A stretch of DNA of 64,000 nucleotides from an uncultured virus (IMG/VR IMGVR_UViG_3300025613_000003) (Duplodnaviria > Heunggongvirae > Uroviricota > Caudoviricetes): IMG/VR virus record IMGVR_UViG_3300025613_000003; one strand, 5' to 3'. Shown piece after piece: positions 58,501 through 64,000 of this stretch. The first letter of the stretch is position 1. Each line of letters begins with the position of its first letter. The notes under the pieces are model-generated. The model made no database searches and was not told the origin of the DNA. It saw only the letters and a list, made by a program, of their open reading frames with translations. The position numbers and the translations under genes are program-made.

Positions 58501-59043
58501 ATGAAGAAATATAAAACAATATTGATTGACCCACCTTGGGAATATGATGTACCTGTAAAAAGAAAAGATAGTAGAAAAGGCAGGGCTGAAAGAGCAGGTA
58601 AAACTATGCACCCACCTTATCCAATGATGAAAATGTCCGAAATTGAAAAAATGCCTATAAGTGAATTAGCTGATGACAATTGCCATTTGTGGCTTTGGAC
58701 TACTAATAAATATTTGCCTGATGCAATACGACTTTGTGAATTGTGGGGGTTTAAATTTTTTCATTTGGTTACTTGGGTTAAGCCGAGTGGAATAGGGATG
58801 TGGTTTGTTCATAGGACACAACCTTTGATATTCGCATATAAAGGTAAAATGAACTTTCAACGGAAATGCAATCCCAATGTATTATTTAGCGGAAATCCTA
58901 AACGGCATAGCGAAAAACCTGAATGTAGTTATGAACTTATTGAAGCTATTAGTTCAAGCCCCAAAATTGAATTATTTGCCCGTAGAGAACGTGAAAATTG
59001 GGATGTTTGGGGAAATGAAGTTGATAGCAGTGTCACTCTTTAA
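58501..59043 (+). CDS. Cassette 2 gene: MT-A70 family N6-adenine methyltransferase
   Basis: ILIDPPW, LWLWTTN, WGF, TWVK, HSEKP, IELFAR, WDVWGNE. Confidence 0.92.
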   Translation: MKKYKTILIDPPWEYDVPVKRKDSRKGRAERAGKTMHPPYPMMKMSEIEKMPISELADDNCHLWLWTTNKYLPDAIRLCELWGFKFFHLVTWVKPSGIGMWFVHRTQPLIFAYKGKMNFQRKCNPNVLFSGNPKRHSEKPECSYELIEAISSSPKIELFARRERENWDVWGNEVDSSVTL

Positions 59044-59049
59044 AATGGC

Positions 59050-59175
59050 ACATAACGGTTTCGGGCTTGGCGAAGTTGCCGAACCGAAAAGCTAAATTGA
59101 AAAACAAAAGTTGAAATTATGGACGAAAGTTTAATTGAAAAACAGAACGGCAATTTTGCCAAACCCGTGTTAGGC
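59050..59175. repeat. attC-like site 3 (contains the ATG of the downstream gene)
   Basis: ACATAAC-ggttt-cgggcttggcgaagttgccg...cggcaattttgccaaacccg-t-GTTAGGC. Confidence 0.8.
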
Positions 59176-60189
59176 GTAGTGCTTTCTTTATTCGATGGTA
59201 TGAGTTGCGGACAAATTGCACTCAACAGAGCAGGTATTTCCTATGGCAAATATTATGCTTCGGAGATTGATAAACACGCCATCAAAGTAACACAACACAA
59301 CTACCCAAACACTATACAACTTGGAAGTGTTACAGAAATTAAAGGCACGGATTTACCTAAAATTGATTTATTGATAGGCGGAAGCCCTTGCCAAGGATTT
59401 AGTTTCGCAGGAAAACAACTAAACTTTGAAGACCCACGAAGCAAACTATTTTTTGAGTTTGTTAGATTGTTGAAAGAAACAAAGCCTAAATACTTTTTGC
59501 TCGAAAACGTCAGGATGAAAAAAGAAAGCCAAGATGTTATTTCAAAATATTTAAGGGTTGAGCCAATTGAAATAAACTCAAACCTTGTATCTGCTCAAAA
59601 CAGAAGGAGGCTTTACTGGACTAATATACCAAACATTGAACAGCCAAATGATAAAGGGATTTTGTTAAAGGATATTATAGTTGATGGTGGGATTGATTGC
59701 CGAATGACAACCGAAGATAAAGCTTATGCCTTAACCGCATCATATAACGGTGCTGTTGCTTGGAATAGTATTGAAAAGAAGCAGCGGACAATGATATTAG
59801 ATGCTGTGAATGGTAAAAAGGTACATATTGATTTATTTAAAGAAGCACCTTACACCTTTTACGAAACAAGAACCAATGAAGGTAAAGAAATGAGGCGTAA
59901 AATTAGGATTGAAACAGGTAGGGATTCAACTCCAAGAAGCAAAGAATTTAAAATGTATTTACCATTGAAAGAGCAAAAAGCAAATTGTCTTGTAACAGTA
60001 GAAAGCCCTTTGGATTTTATAGTAGATAAAAGTTGGAAATACAGAAAGCTATACCCGATTGAAATGGAGAGATTACAAACTGTACCGGATGGATATACTA
60101 AAACAGCAAGCGATACACAAGCAAGACGAATGCTTGGTAATGGATGGACTGTTGATGTCATCGCTCATATTTTCGGAGGGATGTCTTAG
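59119..60189 (+). CDS. Cassette 3 gene: DNA (cytosine-5) methyltransferase
   Basis: LSLFDGMSCG, GGSPCQGFS, LENV, QNRRRLYW, ERLQTVP, LGNGWTV. Confidence 0.93.
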   Translation: MDESLIEKQNGNFAKPVLGVVLSLFDGMSCGQIALNRAGISYGKYYASEIDKHAIKVTQHNYPNTIQLGSVTEIKGTDLPKIDLLIGGSPCQGFSFAGKQLNFEDPRSKLFFEFVRLLKETKPKYFLLENVRMKKESQDVISKYLRVEPIEINSNLVSAQNRRRLYWTNIPNIEQPNDKGILLKDIIVDGGIDCRMTTEDKAYALTASYNGAVAWNSIEKKQRTMILDAVNGKKVHIDLFKEAPYTFYETRTNEGKEMRRKIRIETGRDSTPRSKEFKMYLPLKEQKANCLVTVESPLDFIVDKSWKYRKLYPIEMERLQTVPDGYTKTASDTQARRMLGNGWTVDVIAHIFGGMS

Positions 60190-60294
60190 CATTACGCCTA
60201 ACTACCAAATTGGCGAAACTTTACTTCGCCAACTATCTCATAAAAAGCAATAACACGAAACCATGACTATCACCCAACCCAAGAAAGGAAAAAA

Positions 60295-60525
60295 ATGTCA
60301 ACCATAGAATGCCCATCTATTGAAAAGCCTGTGAGGCAATTTTTATGCTACGTATTGCGAACCGCAAGTAATATGCGCTATCAAGAATTTACAGGTGAAT
60401 GGAAGCCAGTTCAACCCGAAAGATGGGAGAAATGGAATGTGCTTGCGGAAACAAAAGAGGGCGCAAGAAAAATTGCTAAATACCACTTTTATCAATCAAA
60501 AGGTGACAACATATATATTAAATAA
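60295..60525 (+). CDS. Hypothetical protein
   Basis: ATG ORF preceded by AAAGGAA. Confidence 0.55.
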   Translation: MSTIECPSIEKPVRQFLCYVLRTASNMRYQEFTGEWKPVQPERWEKWNVLAETKEGARKIAKYHFYQSKGDNIYIK

Positions 60526-60556
60526 TTGCATTAATTTATAATGAACACATGATTGC

Positions 60557-60940
60557 ATGATAGCCCCCTACTCAAAGGAAGTATTTAAGGCCAAGATTCA
60601 GGCCGGAATTAAGATCCATACCATTCGCAAGGACGTGAGTAAGCGATGGCGACCCGGCATGGTGATTGATCACTGGATGCACAACCCGCGTCATACCGCA
60701 AAGAACCCGCACAGGTTCGCAACCGGAACCGTTACTGCTGTGCAGGACATTGAAATCGACTACGTCAACAAGCGGGTAATGGTTGAGGGCAGGATTTTAT
60801 TTCCCGAAGAAATTAAGGAACTTGCGATAGCGGACGGGTTCGACAACATCAGGCAGTTTTATCTCTGGTTTTACCAGGCCGATACCCCGTTTGAACCCTG
60901 GCGAGGGAGATTGATTCATTGGACAAGTAAGCGATACTGA
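60557..60940 (+). CDS. ASCH/PUA-like protein
   Basis: IQAGIKIHTIR...WRPG...LAIADGF...IHW. Confidence 0.7.
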   Translation: MIAPYSKEVFKAKIQAGIKIHTIRKDVSKRWRPGMVIDHWMHNPRHTAKNPHRFATGTVTAVQDIEIDYVNKRVMVEGRILFPEEIKELAIADGFDNIRQFYLWFYQADTPFEPWRGRLIHWTSKRY

Positions 60941-60942
60941 TC

Positions 60943-61779
60943 ATGGCCAACACATACGTAACCTCCGGTAAGGCAGGCCAAAAAGCAAGGGCGAACGTGG
61001 AAGAAATCATTACCGTCCTGCGACCCTGTATAGTAACCTATACCCACAACTCTACCCATATCAAGACCGATATGGGCGACATGATGTTCACCAACGGCGG
61101 GGGCAAATTAAATCTTCGTGAATTGGTATTTATTAAAAGATTCCGCGAGCATTACGTCAGGGTCGGAAAGGGACTGGACTACGACCTTGGCTATGCCAAG
61201 GTGAAGCCCGTGTATCAAAAATTCAATCCATGGAAAGGATTGGCAAAGGACGTGGTGGAGATCGACATTCGCCGCGCCTATCCCACGGCGGGAAGGATAC
61301 TCGGCATAGTCAATGACCAATTCTACGAGGAGGGGATTAAGTTCCCCAAGCAAACCTTTCTGATTGCGATAGGGAGCCTGAACCGCAAACGCAAAACCAT
61401 TGCCGTGGATCAGACCGGGCGGCGTAAAATTTTGCGGGAGGAAAAGCCTATGCCATACATGAGTAATTTGTGGAGCAGCATCGTGGGCCACATCGATTTC
61501 GTCATGCAGAAAGCCTGGGCATTGGCCGGTGCGGACGCCCGGTTTTATTGGTGCGATGCCATTTTTGTCAGGAGGAGATCGGCGAGGAAGATACAGGAAT
61601 TGCTTTTGCAATACGGTTTTGAAAGCAGGGTGGTGACGTTGAAAAAGTTGGAGTGGGGTCCTGAGCATATTCTCGCCATCAACGAATACGGCGACAAAAA
61701 GACCTATTGCTATCCCCAGACCAAGATTGTAAATTATGAGAATCTCAATGAAGTAGCACGAAAATTCATCAGGAAATGA
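60943..61779 (+). CDS. Minimal family-B DNA polymerase palm-like protein
   Basis: EIDIRRAYPT (motif A-like), K..L..IG (B-like), FYWCDAIF (C-like); no exonuclease domain. Confidence 0.5.
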   Translation: MANTYVTSGKAGQKARANVEEIITVLRPCIVTYTHNSTHIKTDMGDMMFTNGGGKLNLRELVFIKRFREHYVRVGKGLDYDLGYAKVKPVYQKFNPWKGLAKDVVEIDIRRAYPTAGRILGIVNDQFYEEGIKFPKQTFLIAIGSLNRKRKTIAVDQTGRRKILREEKPMPYMSNLWSSIVGHIDFVMQKAWALAGADARFYWCDAIFVRRRSARKIQELLLQYGFESRVVTLKKLEWGPEHILAINEYGDKKTYCYPQTKIVNYENLNEVARKFIRK

Positions 61780-62273
61780 AGCCATTAAGTGAGCAGACAG
61801 TGATTAAGGGCGACAGGGACAGCATGACCGTGACGGAGCTGCAGTCGCTTTACCGGCGTTACCGCCACGTCTATTTCGAGAACCGGACCAGCACTGGTCC
61901 TGATGGCGAAGCTTTGGATGAGGATCCGCATGAGCAGAACGCCAGGGACGTGCTGCGGCTCCTGCGCTTGATCCGGTCCCAGAACCCGAAATGGACAAAC
62001 CTTGAAATCTGGGAGAACGAGATATTCCCTGACCGGGAGTTTTGGGAGTTCATTGCGATCCGGCACCGCCTCGGCATTGACACCGCCATGGCCTATGGTG
62101 AGTTCTGGATTCAGGAGAAGATCCACACCCGAGAACTGGATCAGATGAAGGGCGAGATCGGGATCCGGTCCGCATTTAAGTATTGGTTGCCAAAACGACT
62201 GAAATATGAGCAATCTCAACAGCAGGAAGACGGTGCCTTTAGCGAACGCACCCGCGCTAAGGCAGAATGGTAG
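61776..62273 (+). CDS. Hypothetical protein
   Basis: ATGA overlap; 165 aa. Confidence 0.55.
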   Translation: MKPLSEQTVIKGDRDSMTVTELQSLYRRYRHVYFENRTSTGPDGEALDEDPHEQNARDVLRLLRLIRSQNPKWTNLEIWENEIFPDREFWEFIAIRHRLGIDTAMAYGEFWIQEKIHTRELDQMKGEIGIRSAFKYWLPKRLKYEQSQQQEDGAFSERTRAKAEW

Positions 62274-63240
62274 TGGTGGTGACCTCGCCCTTGTCCAGGA
62301 CAAGATCGACCGCCTTCCCCTGGGCAGTACGGAACGGTTGGAGGCGATTCGGGCCTTGCCGGCGATGGCAGAGGATGAGGACGGCGTCAAGAAGGCGTTG
62401 ACGCTGATCTGGATCCTGATGGGGTTAAGCCTAAACCAAACCCCGGATGCCGCCGAAAGGGTGGTTCTGATCAGGGAAATCCAAGCCCACTACGGCAACA
62501 TGACCGCTGAGGAGCTATCAACGGGGTTTCGCCTGGGCCTTGGCGGAAAGCTGGATTATTTGCCGGAACTGAATCCCGGCCAGGTCTTTAGCATGGCCGT
62601 GGTATCGAAGGTGATGATGAGTTTTCAGCGTTACCGAGCGTATCAGATCAAGTCCAAGCCCGTCAGGACAGAGCCACAGCGTCAGGACCCGATGGGGCCA
62701 CCGCTACCGCCGGAGATCAGGCACCGCCGCACGGTCCAGGGCTTTGAACAGCAAGTCAACCACGTCCTCGACAGCCGCCGCCCCATCGATCACCTCGCCT
62801 TTTACGAGGAGGTTTATCACGCCATGGCCTATTTCAGGATGGTGCCGGAGATTGAACTGAACGAGTACAACGAACCCGAGTTAGATTTTGACCACAAGAC
62901 CGTATTTTATCGCTTCCTGGAGCATGTCATGGCCTTGGACATCAAACAGATCGGATTGAAGGAGGCCAAGGCCAGGTTTGAAAAGAACCGATACGGCGAC
63001 ATGGCCTTGTTTTACGCCAGGAAGGCCATTTGTAACGATTACTTCATCAAACTATACCAACAGCGCCATGCCAATCAACTACAAGGATTATCACCCGAAG
63101 TGGAGGCTGATAAGCAAACTAATCCGATACCGAAGGGCGGGGAACCGATGCGAGAACCCGGACTGCAGAGCCAGGAACGGACAGCCCCACCCCGTCACCG
63201 GAAGCCGGGTCGTATTAACGGTAGCGCACCTGGATCATGA
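62206..63240 (+). CDS. Hypothetical protein (possibly replication-associated)
   Basis: 344 aa; MTAEELSTGF.L...GKL pattern. Confidence 0.55.
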   Translation: MSNLNSRKTVPLANAPALRQNGSGGDLALVQDKIDRLPLGSTERLEAIRALPAMAEDEDGVKKALTLIWILMGLSLNQTPDAAERVVLIREIQAHYGNMTAEELSTGFRLGLGGKLDYLPELNPGQVFSMAVVSKVMMSFQRYRAYQIKSKPVRTEPQRQDPMGPPLPPEIRHRRTVQGFEQQVNHVLDSRRPIDHLAFYEEVYHAMAYFRMVPEIELNEYNEPELDFDHKTVFYRFLEHVMALDIKQIGLKEAKARFEKNRYGDMALFYARKAICNDYFIKLYQQRHANQLQGLSPEVEADKQTNPIPKGGEPMREPGLQSQERTAPPRHRKPGRINGSAPGS

Positions 63241-63376
63241 CCGGACCAACAACCGGTTTGATAACCTCCGTGCGCTCTGTCAGCGATGCCATTTAGCGCT
63301 GGACCTTCCTCATCACATTCAGAACCGCCGCTATGGCCGGAACTGGAAACGGAATCAGACCAGGTTGGAAATGTAA
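63068..63376 (+). CDS. HNH endonuclease-like protein
   Basis: RCE..C...VLTVAHLDHD..NN..NLRALCQRCH. Confidence 0.85.
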   Translation: MPINYKDYHPKWRLISKLIRYRRAGNRCENPDCRARNGQPHPVTGSRVVLTVAHLDHDRTNNRFDNLRALCQRCHLALDLPHHIQNRRYGRNWKRNQTRLEM

Positions 63377-63400
63377 GTCCTGTAAAGCAAAATCATAATC

Positions 63401-63736
63401 ATGGTGACTACGAATTGGAGAGAACATCGGGTAGCAATAAAAATACTCGAACTTAACCGTGAATACGAAGTACTATCGGATGATCAACCGGTGCTTAGTA
63501 TCGCAAGCCCGGTTGATAGTTTCTTTGAATGTGATTGTTGCAGTAACCTTTCCAAGTCAATGCAAGTTCTTAGACATAAGAACAAGCGAAGCAAAACGAT
63601 TCAGATATGTAACACTTGCTGCGAACTTTGGAGAGCGATTCAGGAAATACAATCGCTGCAATTAAGAGTATGTGACGATTGCGGGTCCGGGTTTGCATCG
63701 ACAGGACGATGCCCGGAATGTTTTCCCATGGGATAA
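63401..63736 (+). CDS. Zn-finger protein
   Basis: CDCC, CNTC, CDDC, CPEC pairs. Confidence 0.6.
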   Translation: MVTTNWREHRVAIKILELNREYEVLSDDQPVLSIASPVDSFFECDCCSNLSKSMQVLRHKNKRSKTIQICNTCCELWRAIQEIQSLQLRVCDDCGSGFASTGRCPECFPMG

Positions 63737-64000
63737 TGAAAATAAAATTTTGGATAGACAAGAAGAAGGTTAAAAACAAATCATATCAGACCACCATGAA
63801 CGACATCTGTATAAATTGTGGGAAAGAACACAAATCAAAGTTGTGGGGCGCAATATGTGATTGCGGAAAACATAAAACCGTTCATCAAATGAAATGCAAC
63901 GGCTGTGACAACATTATAGGATATTTGATTGAAGATGATTTTGTAGGGCCAAGTTTAGTGTATTGTCACGAATGCCTTAAAAAGGCAAAGACAAAAAAGG
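63736..64000 (+). CDS. Zn-ribbon protein, partial at window end
   Basis: TAATG overlap; CINC, CDC, CNGC, CHEC; no stop before the edge. Confidence 0.5.
   Translation, partial: MKIKFWIDKKKVKNKSYQTTMNDICINCGKEHKSKLWGAICDCGKHKTVHQMKCNGCDNIIGYLIEDDFVGPSLVYCHECLKKAKTKK

Larger units (their letters stand above)
57990..60235. mobile_element. Integron-like gene-cassette array (3 cassettes, no integrase in window)
   Basis: AT-rich block; three AAC...GTT-bounded hairpins; each gene flanked by about 15-nt complementary ends. Confidence 0.8.

Noticed and set aside
57990..60235. CRISPR array or simple terminators as the explanation for the repeated hairpins
   Set aside because: Units are gene-sized, stems differ in sequence, there are no U-tracts, and complementarity spans each gene.
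1..64000. Genome-wide TGA=Trp recoding suggested by 5631
   Set aside because: Many genes end in TGA with ATGA overlaps, and long ORFs are intact under code 11.
1..64000. Integrase, transposase, reverse transcriptase, tRNA or rRNA genes
   Set aside because: No catalytic motifs or RNA structures recognised by eye; a dedicated scan was not possible.

Overview
Gene-dense segment of a large dsDNA virus, probably infecting a Bacteroidota host (inferred from gene families and A-rich, SD-poor start contexts). No terminase, portal, HK97 capsid or tail genes are recognisable. Instead there is an FtsK/HerA-type packaging-ATPase candidate (29293-30120), two paralogous beta-rich capsid-like proteins (37079, 42116), about 20 small membrane-anchored proteins, membrane-tethered cell-wall enzymes and a large beta-helix spike, which suggests a tailless, internal-membrane virion. 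Layout: 0.1-14 kb accessory/anti-defence genes (two-frame C5 methyltransferase, Dam-type MTase, Tad1/Acb2-like sponges, tandem paralogues); 14-27 kb DarB-like/polyvalent giant proteins; 28-30 kb packaging; 30-37 kb reverse-strand glycosyl/methyltransferase cluster; 37-53 kb virion genes; 54-57 kb lysis-like genes; 58-60.2 kb an AT-rich array of three integron-like gene cassettes with attC-like hairpins placed 5' of each gene, one of which encodes the gene's start; 60.3-64 kb ASCH-like, minimal PolB-like, HNH and Zn-ribbon genes. All functional calls come from motif recognition by eye; no searches were run.
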